A stretch of 64,000 bases of DNA, taken from Eledone cirrhosa (taxonomy: Eukaryota). Position 1 is the first letter of the stretch; every line of letters begins with the position of its first letter. The position numbers and the translations under genes are program-made. The stretch lies in NCBI GenBank assembly GCA_964016885.1, contig CAXHJY010001714.1:93517-157516 (forward strand), in the 5' to 3' direction. The notes beneath the pieces are model-generated. The model was not told the DNA's origin and did no database searches. It was given only the letters and a program-made list of their open reading frames with translations. Positions 11,121 through 24,381 of this stretch are shown one piece after another.

Positions 11121-12518
11121 TTAAAATATAATACAAATTTTGTAGATATCATTTTTTAGTTTAAAGTTGAATTTTCACCTTATATTCTGAAAACTTTATA
11201 ATTTTCACTAATATTCTGAAGACTTTGCAACTAGAATTAAAATCTTTTTTTAAAATAAAATGTTTTGATATTCTGCTAAAATAGTTTACTATTAACTTTC
11301 TAATACTACTTTTTAGTAGTTTTCTCTAATAATTGTTTTTGCTTTTGGCATAAGGCCAGCAATTACCCCAATGCATTATTTTTATTGACCCCCACAAGGA
11401 TGAAAGGCAAAGTTTTCTCTAATAATATCTGTTTTAAAGTAAAACTTTTATTTTTTAAATTTTAGAGGCTTTGTTGCATTATTTTATAAACTGCAGGGCA
11501 GTGAATTAGGAGTATTGGTAGATAGCTTGAAAAATGCTGCTTTACAGTATTTACCAAATATACTTGTATAAAACCTAACAAATATGTGACAAAAAAAATT
11601 GATGATAAAATGGAGGCCGGCTTATATTTGAGGTCAATATTTTGACGATTTTTGCCAATTTCAAATTCTACATAAATACGGTGCTAAAATATCTGTAGTG
11701 ATTATTTTACAATGAAATGCTGTTTTTCTACATTTACTACATTGTCATGAGTGTTATATATACATTCGCTTGAAAACATTCCCTACAAAATTTTATAACT
11801 TGAACTTTGTAATACATAAATATCCCTTACATATAACACACATGCATGCACATATGCATGCATATACATACTGAATCCTTATACAATGTTATCTTAGTCA
11901 ATCCTTTTCTTTCAACAAATGGTCATCCAGCATCATTTTACAAAGCCAACAATTTGTAGGAAGATGGAAAGTCAATCACATCAACCCCAGAACTTGACTG
12001 ATACTTTATTTTATTGACACCCCACCATCCCCAAAAGCAGAAAGGGAAAGTTGACCTTGGTCAGAATGTGAAGGCCAGAAATTAAATGTCATGGGACAAT
12101 TCTGCCAATCTACTGCTCTTATATCCTATAATATGAAAAAAAAACATTAATGTTATTAAAAAACAAGCTGTTTCCATAGTCTTGTATTATGACCATGCTG
12201 TTATTTTCTTTATTCCAATGTAGTTGATTTCTAAGAATGTTTGCCGACCCTTGATCTAGTTTATTGTCTGTGTTTACACAATATCTGTTTTATCTCAAAT
12301 AAACGTTAATCAGATATTTATCAAACGTACGTCTGATAACACCAAATGTGTTTTGTTCTGAATGTTTCTATTTTTTTTTGTAAATAGTTGTTGTTAATCC
12401 CAAATCATGTTTAATCAAAGGTATTCTAGTTATAACCAGTGTGAAGCTGTTATGAGGACTCCTTTGTAATCAGCAATAATAGAACATTAAGTTTCTTTTG
12501 AAACTCTTCTGGAATTCT

Positions 12519-12785
12519 AAAGTCTGTCTCAAACTCAGAGGCTCTTCAGGCTGGTGCTTATCCCGGTTTCCATGGTGACTGAGAGTACAATACTCCCCCT
12601 GGACAGGACGCTAGTCCATCGCAGAATACCAGCTATTGCTGGTACTCATTTTCCGTTGAGTATACTGGAGCAACATGAAATGAAGTGTTTTGATCAAGAA
12701 TACAACACACAACCTAGTCCAGGAGTTGAACCCACAATGTTATGGTCGTAAGTCCAATACCCTTACCACTAGACCACGAGCTTCC
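12519..12785 (-). mobile_element. tRNA-derived SINE, second family
   Basis: Minus-strand A box 'gtggtctagtggtaag' and B box 'ggttcaactcct'; related copies at 29540-29800 and 56250-56370. Confidence 0.8.
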
Positions 12786-13699
12786 TCTGGTATTAGGGTC
12801 CTTCAAGTTTAAGCTACATTAGTTTTATGGCAGATCCACCACTTGACACACTTTATTACATTTCTTATCATTAACTTAACAGTTTTTAATTCAGCTTTCA
12901 CATTTCTCTACTAATTAATACATATTTGTAACTTCATCATAATTCAATATACTCTCACCTACTTTTATTCATAATTATGGCAATTTACGTATTTAATTAT
13001 CTTCCTCACTTATTCTCTATCTATAATGTATTGATTGACATAGCTTCAATGGGATGGATTAAATATGGTATTTCAATATGAGGAAATCATCAAAGTGTTT
13101 TGTAAGATTGAGGTTCTGACATTTGAAAAGGAAAGAATATAAATCTCACTCATTAAATTTCTCCTTTCAAATAGGATAACAAGTTAATGAAAACTAATTA
13201 TTCTTGTTAAAGAATATTAAGACATCTTTCTGTTTCTGTATGCACATGTGCATGGATAAGCAGTGTTGTGGTTATATCCAAAGAAGGGAAGGGCTGTATG
13301 ATGTTTAATCTATGACATGGTTTGGCATGGATGAGGATGGACTGTGTAATAGAAAATGCAGGTTTAGTTTCTTTTTAAACATCTTTGTGAGTAGGAGAGA
13401 GAAAACAAAACACCTGGAGGTCACTTTTGGAAATTCCAAAAGAGAAGGGAGATAATTTCAGAAAATCAAGAATACACTCTACAAAGATTGAACATGCTGG
13501 AGAAATGGCAATCTGATCTTTGTTGCAAGCAAGGAAAACCTATATGCATATGTTTTGCTCTGTTAGGTATCATCAACATAATACAGACTCAATTTGCTTG
13601 GTGATTAAAAATACATTTTTATATATTTATTTATTTAAACTGATGTTCATAATAGTTTAAATATAGTAAATAATGTATAATTGTTTAAATATAGTAAAT

Positions 13700-14018
13700 A
13701 ATTGTTTCTACTTTAGGCCAGCAATTACCCAGTGCACTACTGGTACTTTATTTTATCGACCCCGTAAGGATGAAAGGCAAAGTTAACCTCGGCGGAATTT
13801 GAACTCAGAATGGCAAGGGCCGTATAGTAAATAATTGTTTCTACTTTAGGCACAAGGCCAGCAATTACCCAGTGCATTACTGGTACTTTATTTTATCTAC
13901 CCCATAAGGATGAAAGGCAAAGTCAACCTCGGCGGGATTTGAACTCAGATCGTAAAGGGACGTAACTATGCTGGAAAGCATGGCGTCCGACCCTCTACCA
14001 ATACTGCCAATCCACCGT
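13700..14018 (-). mobile_element. Two tandem SINE copies (one partial, one full)
   Basis: Duplicated family core, each copy preceded by 'tagtaaataattg'. Confidence 0.85.
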
Positions 14019-15396
14019 AAATAATGTTTATAATAGTAAAACCAATTTAATAGAAAAAGAAAAAAATAGATTCAGAAGAAAGAATGGAATGTAAAATAAG
14101 AAAATATAAAAACGGAAAAGGAAGGGAAAGGCAAGGGCTCTAGTGTAACAGAAGAATGGGGAGGGGCTCTGGGCCTATGACATGGCGGTAATGGGGCTGT
14201 ACCCTGCAGACAAGACCGCAAAAGCATTTCCCGCTGAATGAACATGTATTTTTGACCAAATGAAATTTGCATAATTAAAAATAGAAGGAGTAAAGAAAAA
14301 TAATTGTTTCTACTTTTGGCACAAGGCCAGCAAAATAATGGTAGGGAGCCAATAGAATAAATTTGGATGATGAAGCCAAAGGGTAGTTTAGTGAAGGCTG
14401 TGCCCTCTCCACAACATACATTCATCACACTTATTTCACTTTTGCAGGTTATATTGTTTCCTTTTTATATATTTAGACAATTAATAACATGTGTACATGG
14501 ACACCCATACACAAACACAATCACAGACATACATGTACATAATTATTTATTTCATATATACATCTGCTGTGACATATTTCATTTCACTTTACTCTAGTCT
14601 ACTTGACTGACAAAAATGAGTTTACCTATAAGTCAATGAACTAGCTTGTCATACCGTATGTCACACTGAACCTCCCTCACAACTACATTATAGATACACT
14701 TGTCTGTAAAACGTTCAGTCACTTGTTTGTTAATTTAACAATAAGGCCAAAGATTCTCAAACTTTGGGGCCACCGCCTCACTCACAGCTACGTAATACCT
14801 TCAGCCCCCCCCCCTCAACCCTATTTCCAGAGAGACCAGCCTACACACAAATGGTAAATAATATATAATAAAATCGTTAATCTATATATAATAAATAATA
14901 TAATATATACCATGTATAAATAAATATTATATATTTTTTTATTTTACTATATTTATATATAATATGTATCATTTGATATTTAATATACTATTATATCATC
15001 TCTACCGCCCCCTTCCAACGCCCCTTAGACATCAGCGCCCCCTTGGAGAACCTCTGGATTGGACTATTCCTAACAACGGGAACATTCATCATTGACATCG
15101 ACGGAGGTCGAGTAATAACTTTCTTAAACATCTAACAACTGGAAGCAACATAATCTATATGCACAGATTTAAAAAAAAAATCTTTTATTGTTTAGCTGGA
15201 TTCAGTCATTAGACTGCAGCCATGCTAGGGCACCACCTTGATTGAGGTGATCATATTGACCCCAGTACATATTTTTTCAAGTCTTGTTACATATTTTATA
15301 GGTTTCTCTCTTGTTGAATTGCTAAGTTATAGAACATAAACATAGACATAAACACCTAACTCTAAACCAAATCCTAAATCTAACCCTTATACCTGT

Positions 15397-18184
15397 TTAG
15401 CAGAGAATGATGTAGTCGCCACTTTAACAGGGTAGATGATTGAAGGTCATTAGTTGCCAGTGTGGTAAGTGATAGTATCCTCGTTGGATTATCTTGTCGA
15501 CATAGACGTGAGGGAAGGTCCCTCGATCTATTTACCATCTTAGTATTTACAATATTCCTTTCGTCAGGTCGCCAATTCCAGCAGCATGGATTATAGATGT
15601 TATTGAGACACGAGTAACATAATCATGATTTCAACAGCAGAAATTAGAGATGAAATGTATGTTTATTTTTGATGTAGCACAAACAATGTTTGTTAACTTA
15701 TATGGTTGAAGTTACAGATAAAAAGAGGTTACAAAAGGGAATGTGCCATTGCGCCGAAAAGCTGGCGAGGATAGGGTGCAATATCTCACCGTTACATTAT
15801 GCGTGTTGCTGGCTCAAAGTTTCTGGTACAAGAGAGAGATTCTTCAAATCTTCGCGGGGAATTTCTTCCTCAGGGCGCGTAGGGATACATCCTCTTCTAC
15901 TGGCGCTGATTGGCTGAACTGAGCCAAATCACGCACAGAGAATGTATGTGAGCCCGCGGAATGTAGGTCACTACATCACCTCCGAGCAGATTTTCAGCCG
16001 AAAATCGATAACGAAGAAACCAAGGACCCACATATTGAATCAGCAAGAACAAATGCTGAAAGCGCACATCAGTGAAAAAATAATTGAGCAGAAAGATTCA
16101 TGCAAGAACAAAAAAAATTAGGCGTGACGGGCCGTGTTGAGCCGCTGTCAAATGACTAGCTGTCTTGTAGTTTAAACGAGACCCTCAAGGTCCTACCAGA
16201 AAACAGATAAAGTCTGACATGGGCGAAGTTGCTGTTCTTGCATTAAATGTTAATGGTAAGCGTTGTACCAGTAGCTGTGAACGAAGCTATTATGGTAGTT
16301 TACCAGTACTGGCGAGAAAATGATGGCCCCCAGATGTATTGTCGAATGTGCTGTGGAGCCAGGAAAAAATGGCTGGTTGCTTTGTAAAGAAAAAAAAAAA
16401 AAGCAAGTTTAATCTGTAGGTGGGTTGCAGTGTAAATTCCATAATTCGGGCGAATCCACAGAAGTGGCCGAAATGCTGACAAGTCCAGTTCAATTTGTTG
16501 CTTTCCCAGCGAGTCGGGCAAAAACAACAAGACGGATGGCCGTCATGGACGATCAGTGTGCAACGAGATGCGAAGCTGTTTGAATTCAGCTGCAATTAGT
16601 ATTCTCGTGTTGCGGTGCCTGTTTGAATCCAGTGGATTAAGCTCTGTGAGCTGCTAGCATGTGACAGCACCTCAACCAGGTGAAAAGGGACTCGCAGAAT
16701 ATTACGTTTGAAGAACATATACCAAGAACAACATGTTGGTGTGTGATAAAAAAATGTGTGCATATGCAGGCATGTAAAACAGCAAAGAATGTGAATGAAC
16801 AAAAACCATGAGCAAGCAAATAGCAAAAGAGCACAAAACAAGTAAATGCATTCTACAAAGAAATATGTGAATGTAAGAAACTGATAATTCAAAGTCAATC
16901 TAAGGGAGCAGAGAAATTGCTCAATAAGTTCAAAGTTTTTCAAAGTCAAATAGTTCACACATCACCAGTGTACAGACACTAGTTCTATCTGAAAACTGAA
17001 AAAGAAGTCTGTTAATGCCGTTAGGGGTTAGATGTATGGTGTTTTTGAGAGTTTTCGTGGCCATTCCACCGTCTTGCCACCCTGTATGACATAAGGTTTT
17101 GTTGTTAAAGCAAAGTCAATGAACCTTCTGAAGAGCAGCAGTCAAGCGATGAAGAACCCAGAGTCCAACATGGCAGCCACTTCTGACGCCATAATGGTGA
17201 GAAAACTACTGTCTCAATTTCTCGAGTCCCTGTGGTAACGAGACAGAAGGTATGGTGGTTGCGTCGGTAAAGTTACAAGCCGTTTTGAAATTTCCGATGT
17301 GTGGTGGTTTGCGTCGGTAAGGCTATGAAGCTGCCACTCACTATTCCCTGTTTTGGTCAGTGGCTAAACAATGTTGTCGCTGCTGCTGCTGTCGTTGTTG
17401 ATCGTAGACAGGACCTGTCGGTAGACATTTTGAAATTTTTATGAAGTCGTGGCGAAAAGTTTTTGAAATACTGCTAATTTTTCAAAAAATTTTGAAAGGA
17501 ATATATTGTATTTTCGCAAGTTGCGAAAAGGTTGGCAACGTGGCAATAAAAGTTCAACTGAATGAAAAAGAAGGGCTGCGTTAAATTCTTACGTCGGTCA
17601 CCACTTTAGCAGAGAATGATGTAGTCGCCACTTTAACAGGGTAGATGATTGAAGGTCGTTAGTTGCCAGTGTGGTAAGTGATAGTATCCTCGTTGGATTA
17701 TCTTGTCGACATAGACGTGAGGGAAGGTCCCTCGATCTATTTACCATCTTAGTATTTACAATATTCCTTTCGTCAGGACGCCAATTCCAGCAGCATGGAT
17801 TATAGATGTTATTGAGACACGAGTAACATAATAATGATTTCAACAGCAGAAATTAGAGATGAAATGTATGTTTATTTTTGATGTAGCACAAACAATGTTT
17901 GTTAACTTATATGGTTGAAGTTACAGATAAAAAGAGGTTACAAAAGGGAATGTGCCATTGCGCCGAAAAGCCGGCGAGGATAGGGTGCAATACCTCACCG
18001 TTACATTATGCGTGTTGCTGGCTCGAAGTTTCTGGTACAAGAGAGAAATTCTTCAAATCTTCGCGGGGAATTTATTCCTCAGGGCATGTAGGGATACATC
18101 CTCTTCTACTGGCGCTGATTGGCTGAACTGAGCCAAATCACGCACAGAGAATGTATGTGAACCCGCGGAATGTAGGTCACTACA
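15397..18184 (-). mobile_element. Non-autonomous Gypsy-type LTR element
   Basis: 579-bp LTRs at 15397-15975 and 17606-18184 (same family as 6159-6737), degenerate tRNA-Trp PBS, PPT-like ggaggtga, imperfect TSD CCTGT/CTTGT, no intact ORF. Confidence 0.92.
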
Positions 18185-18189
18185 CTTGT

Positions 18190-18286
18190 CTCTAACCCTA
18201 AGCTTAACCCTTAATCTAACTCACAACCCTAACCCCAACTCTAAACTTAACCCTAACACTCAACCTAACCCAACCCTAACCCTAAT
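18190..18286. repeat. Degenerate (CCCTAA)n telomere-like tract
   Basis: taaccc variants that continue at 15355-15390 on the other side of the LTR element. Confidence 0.65.
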
Positions 18287-18467
18287 ATGGGACATAAATA
18301 TAGACAAGGACAATCACACACACACACAGACATACACTACACACACATATGTATGTAATGGGCTTCTGTCTACCAAATTCTCGATGCTACAGTTGAAGAC
18401 ATTTGCCCAAGATACTGCGCGACTAGACTGAATCCTGAACCCCGTGGTTGTGAAGCGAACACTTTAA

Positions 18468-18660
18468 TAACTGTTTCTACTTTTGGCACAAGGCCACCAA
18501 TTATTCCAGTGTATTACTGGTACTTTATTTTATCGACCCTGTCAGGATGAAAGGCAAAGTTAACCTCGGCGGGATTTGAACTCAGAACATAAAGGGCCGT
18601 AACCCTTTGCTGCAAAGCATGGTGTCCGACCGTCAACCGATACTGCCAATCCACCGCCAA
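18468..18660 (-). mobile_element. SINE (~190-bp family) nested in an older SINE
   Basis: Family consensus; flanking duplication 'cgaacactttaataac'. Confidence 0.85.
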
Positions 18661-18705
18661 TCGAACACTTTAATAACATAGTCATACTTGCGCCTAGAAT
18701 AGATA

Positions 18706-20929
18706 TGTAGCGCTCTCTAGACTGAAGTTACTTCCCGTTGAGGTTGCAGAACCTTCTTAGGGACTTCCGTCCGAGGGAACTATAAAGGAGAGAGCCGAAA
18801 GCTAACTCCCTCTCATTCCACCTTTCGGCTGCTGGCCTTCGACCAGGCGCGTTCCGCCGAAGGTATACTCTCTCGCTTCCTGACCAGTGAAAAGGTAAAC
18901 AACTAACTTTCTTTCGTCGTGAAATCACTAGCCAACATGTAACACAACAACAATAATCACGGCCAGTGGACCGTGTCTTCTGAAATCCTTAATTCATTTT
19001 TTCATCTCTCTTGGCATGTCAGCTATTCAGCTCTACACAGCTCAATCTTCGTAAATAAATATTGTACATACAACCCAGTGTCATGTTATAATTGGTGACC
19101 CCGAGAAAAAAAATAATAGGACATGGTGTTGTGTGAATATAAAAAAAAAAGAAAATTAATTAGCAGTATTTTAAAAAGAAAAAATTCCTCTAACACCATT
19201 CCGCATGGATTTTTTCTACAATATTCCACATGGATTTTTTCTCTGAAACTGTCTACAACGAAAAATATAAGTAATCTTTTCCTCAGCAGCAAACAAACAA
19301 GAAAACATTTTACTTTTCACCTCACGTGTTTACATCGTTTAAATGTGTTTCAATCACTGGATATATCCTTCGTCCGTCTCACAACGAACACTCAAAAAGA
19401 CTTGGACTCCTGTATTCTAATATTCAACATGTCAATTTTGATGAACATCACAGCTCGCTTACTCATTCAACTAAACCTTTTTCGCTACTTATTCATCACT
19501 TTCAAAAAAAAATTGAACTCTCGCCATACACAAAGTGAATATAGCCTTTCCTTCTTTTTCATCATATTATCACGTTCACACACAGATTTTTCAAAATGGC
19601 TGCCAACGACATGTTGCACTATCATTTTCGTGCCATTTTCTCGCGCAATAGAAATTTTTTTTTCAACTTGACTTTAATCTTGTTTCGGCAAGTGTGGGAG
19701 CACACATCTCGACTCACTGAGATAACACACGCCATAGATAATGTTTCTTGCCAAGGATTCTCCAGCCTTAAGCTATATTCTCCTATTTGCCGGTTTAAAA
19801 ATTTACCACGTAAATTTGCCGTTGAAAACTGCGCATTTATTCAGAATGATTATTTCTATGGTCGCTGGCCTCTTGACCCATCCAAGTCAACGCGCTCTCA
19901 ACATCGACCATCAACTTTGGCTGTTATTTCTAGCACTTTGCGCAACTCATTTTTTCTGGGAAACTTTTTACTGTGAATGGAAACAACATCGAATAGGCTC
20001 ACTCTGCGAGACAACAACAACACAGCTTCATCTTTGCTTTATCAACAACCAAAACCAGCAGAACAAAACACAGAGAATTTATTTTTGCAGCACTCTTCCT
20101 GTGAGAAAATCCCACCGCTTTCGGTGGTTGGGAATTTTACGTTGTACCACAGTCCAGAAACCACCTGCATATATTCTCTTGGTGACACATTCTCTTTCCT
20201 GCTGTCATGTTAACTTTATTTTTGAACATTTGAACTTTTTTTTAATAACTATGTTCGAGCACGTTTCTTTGCTCCTTTGACCTCTTCTTAGGTTGATTAC
20301 ATTGTATCTTTGTGTGATGGATAGATAGATGTCCAGTCGTTCTCTGGCCAAGAGAGGTTGGCTACCTTGATATCTATCATTAATTTTTGCATGCTCATTT
20401 TGCTATTTGCTTGCTCATGTTTTGTTCATTCATGTTCTTGTACCGTTTGCCTTGCTCCTGGTGTTCTCGCTACAATGATTTCATTTGGTCATTCGACTTC
20501 TCGTCTGAGAGGGGAGTCCTGTAGCGCTCTCTAGACAGGAGGTAGCTGGAGTTACTTCCCATTGAGGTTGCAGAACCTTCTTAGGGACTTCCGTCCGAGG
20601 GAACTATAAAGGAGAGAGCCGAAAGCTAACTCCCTCTCATTCCACCTTTCGGCTGCTGGCCTTCGGCCAGGCGCGTTCCGCCGAAGGTATACTCTCTCGC
20701 TTCCTGACCAGTGAAAAGGTAAACAACTAACTTTCTTTTGTCGTGAAATCACTAGCTAACATGTAACACAACAACAATAACCACGGTCTGGCAACACTTC
20801 AGCCAGTGGACCGTGTCTTCTGAAATCCTTAATTCATTCTTTCATCTCTCTTGGCATGTAAGCTATTCAGCTCTATTCAGCTCAATCTTCGTAAATAAAT
20901 ATTGTACATACAATCCAGTGTCATGTTAT
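18706..20929 (+). mobile_element. Non-autonomous LTR retrotransposon (different LTR family)
   Basis: LTRs 18706-19089 and 20520-20929, TSD AGATA, PBS TGGTGACCCCGA at 19093, PPT gagaggggag, no recognisable intact ORF. Confidence 0.92.
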
Positions 20930-21597
20930 AGATATCTGCATTCTATTCCAGACATTGAGAAGTTAATGTTTCATGTATTACGACTGCAGGAGGAAAGAGC
21001 AGTTTTGACGATGAGTGTTTCTGTTGTTCGATCAACAGAACAGCCTGCTCCTGAAATTATCATGTAAGTGGCTGAGCATTCCACAGGCCGATGCAGAGAG
21101 ATTCAGCGTGATACAGTGCCTGACAAGACTGTTTCATTGAATTACAGCATACACGTACCACATCGCTTCAGCTCTCCCATCACGTTCGAACGTAGGCACC
21201 ACTCACCCTACCACTCATTCCCAGAGAGAAACCTCCTCCATCGTTGTTAGCAGAGGTACTTATATCCTATTTCTCCAACTACCCATTCTCACTTCAGCTA
21301 CCACGCTTTCAGAATATCCTCCACTCCCATTGCCGACAAAATCCGTCACAACCTCTAGGGAACCTTCTGGGCAATTGAGGGAATCTATTTCACGTGTGTT
21401 CTTAGTGATTACTTTCCCCGTGCAGTGATCTTACACAAAGTCTATCTTCTCCGTCAACCTAACTGTAACCACACCCCTGTGCATCCATAGATTATACTAT
21501 GTGCATCTTATGGAATTTCTGCCCACCCCTCATAGACATATCGGACAAGTCTACTTCCCTGGCAGTATCAGATTCCCATCCTCCATCCCACCTATCA

Positions 21598-21711
21598 AAA
21601 CATACATACATACATACATACAGACATACAGACATACATATACATATACATATATACAGATACATATACATATATACACATACATGTACATATATACACA
21701 TACATATATAC

Positions 21712-21742
<31 letters not shown>

Positions 21743-21949
21743 CATACATATATATATACATATACATACATACATACACATACACATATACATACACACA
21801 TACATATACATACACACACATATACATATATACATACACATATACACACATATATATACATATACACACACATACATATACACATACATATGCATACATA
21901 TGCATACATATATATACATACACATACACATATATATATATACATAGAT

Positions 21950-21980
<31 letters not shown>

Positions 21981-22108
21981 CATATACATACATATATACA
22001 TACACATACATACATACATACATACATATACATACACATACATACACACATACATACATACATATACATACACACATATACATACATATATATACATATA
22101 TATATATA
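21598..22108. repeat. Compound (CATA/CA/TA)n microsatellite
   Basis: Visible simple repeat. Confidence 0.95.
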
Positions 22109-22565
22109 TGCGTACGAAAGACCGGTTATATGATGCCTGTGTGAGATGCGCGATGATGCATGGTAGTGAGACATGGGCAGCAACTGCAGAGGATATGGAG
22201 AGAAATGAAGCAAGCATGCTCCGTTGGATGTGCAATGTCAATGTGCGTGAACGACCAAGCATAGACGAGTTGAGAAAGAAACTGAATATAAGAGGGATAA
22301 GTTGTGGTGTGTGGAGAGAAGGTTGAGATGGTGTGGACATGTGATGTGCATGGAGGTTGACCGCTGGGTAAAGAAGTGCCAAGAAATCGCAGCAGAGGAA
22401 GACCACGAAAAACATGGGCGGAGGCGGTGAGCAGACCCCAGATCACTGAAACCCACGGATGAGATGATGAAGGACTGTGACAAGTGGAGAGACGCCGTGC
22501 CGAATAGGACCCGTCCCACCCTTGCAAGCAGGGAAAAGCGGACGTAAAATGATGATGATGATGAT
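22108..22565 (+). mobile_element. 3' fragment of an RTE-clade LINE
   Basis: [41 protein letters not shown] motifs and an (ATG)n tail. Confidence 0.8.
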
Positions 22566-22777
22566 ACTGTCTATATATCTATGTATCTATCTCTCTGTCA
22601 ATCTATCTAGATATCTGTGCATCAGTCTATCTATTTATCTATCTACCTATCTATACGTTAGCGCCCTGGTGGTGGGGCGGCGCGGTGGATGGGGCCGTTG
22701 GAGGCGGGAGACTGGCATGGAGTGCTTGGAGGAATGGTGGGAGTGGAGAGGGATGTGCAACCGCTAAGGTATAGATA

Positions 22778-23162
22778 TTTTTCTTTATTTACCATAAAGG
22801 CATAAAAAGAAGGGACAAATACAAAGGGGGAGTTTACATACAATCGAGTAAAAAGGGTGTAACATGAAAATAATCGAAAATAACCTCAAAAGGGAGGGGA
22901 CGTGATGGGGGTGGCACACACCCCCGAAAAAGTGTGCAATCCTTTGTCCGGGGAGCACATGGAGAAGGTGCTCCCCTCTCCTTTACTTTATACAGGATGG
23001 TATACAGAGAAGGCCCATTTACACGAGCCATTCTCGCCACTATCACCCACCTTTCATAAAACTGCCTGTGGCCAAGCACCTCTCTCTCCATTCTTATCCT
23101 TCTTCCGAAGTGATATCGGAAGAAGTAGATCAGACTATGGCCAGAGAGGAAGTTGCCTGAAA
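22778..23162 (-). mobile_element. 5'-truncated Tx1/L1-like LINE end with 15-bp TSD
   Basis: TSD gctaaggtatagata (22763-22777 and 23163-23177); peptide MEREVLGHRQFYERWVIVARM is homologous to 28290-28380. Confidence 0.75.
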
Positions 23163-23562
23163 GCTAAGGTATAGATAGGTAGATAAACAGATAGACTGAT
23201 GCACAGATATATAATGTATGTACACACACACATACATACATACACACATGTACATACATACATACACACATACACACATACACACATACACATACGTACA
23301 TGCATCTGTACACACACATACACACACACACACATACACACACACTCGTGCACACACACACACACACACACCTATATGGGCACCTCAACAAAAAATACAC
23401 CAGACTGCACAATTTGAACACTGATGTGAACTTACACGTGCACCACCCATGGGTATTACTTCTTCTTTGCATGTTACTGTTATTTTTAGCATTTCTTTAT
23501 TAAGATCCCAATCCACTATAACCTTTATATTTGAAGCGCATATTAAATGTTCATTATGTTCA

Positions 23563-23752
23563 GGGCGGTGGTTTGGCAGTATCGGTAGAGGGTCGGACGC
23601 CATGCTTTGACGCATAGAGTTACGGCCCTTGCCATTCTGAGTTCAAATCTCACTGAGCTTAACTTTGCCTTTCATCCTTACGGGGTCGATAAAATAAAGT
23701 ACCAGTAATGCACTGGGTAATTGCTGGCCTTGTGCCAAAAGTAGAAACAATT
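23563..23752 (+). mobile_element. Full SINE of the ~190-bp family
   Basis: A box tggcagtatcgg, B box gagttcaaatc, conserved core and tail. Confidence 0.88.
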
Positions 23753-24381
23753 AAATGTTGCACCAAACTATTGTGTTTAATGATTTCTATTTTCCTTGGA
23801 ATACTCACTTACCAAGCCATCAAATCTACATATATATGATGACGTTTCTAGTGATGGGACCACAGTAAAATGTACCCAGCACACGCTGTAAAGTGTTAGT
23901 GTTGGTGCCACTATAAAAGACACCAACATTTAACTGTAGTGCAAGTGATGTGAAGTAAAGGCATGTATGTATGTCTACATGGGTCTGAACAGTCGAGGCG
24001 GCCAAAATGAATACGTACTTCACAGAAGCTAGCTGAAGGTAAAAAAAAAAAAAGAAGAGAGAAAACAGAATACGTCGCAGATCCTATCTAAACCACCCAC
24101 ATACAGAAAGCTATGTGTTTGGTTTGTCTTTAAATAGCTCAGGTTAACGACACAGGTGATTTTTTTTTTTTTTCAGAGATGAATATCAAATATGATAACG
24201 AAATTGCGCACTTCAAGAGAATTACATTAAAGATACATGTGTCTTGGGAATGCTCAACCACTTGTATATTAATTTCACGAGCAGGTTGTTTTATTGATCA
24301 AACAACTGGAACACTTATCAAAACTGATGGAGGACCGATGCACATACAATTACCATAATGCAAATAATTTTCTTCTGATTA

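Noticed and set aside
19123-20280. ORFs of 126-182 aa inside the third LTR element
   Set aside because: No clear gag, protease or RT motifs recognised; treated as decayed internal sequence
23990-24190. Possible host exon boundaries (gaag|gtaaaa and polyT-cag)
   Set aside because: No coherent reading frame or homology; cannot be supported without transcript data
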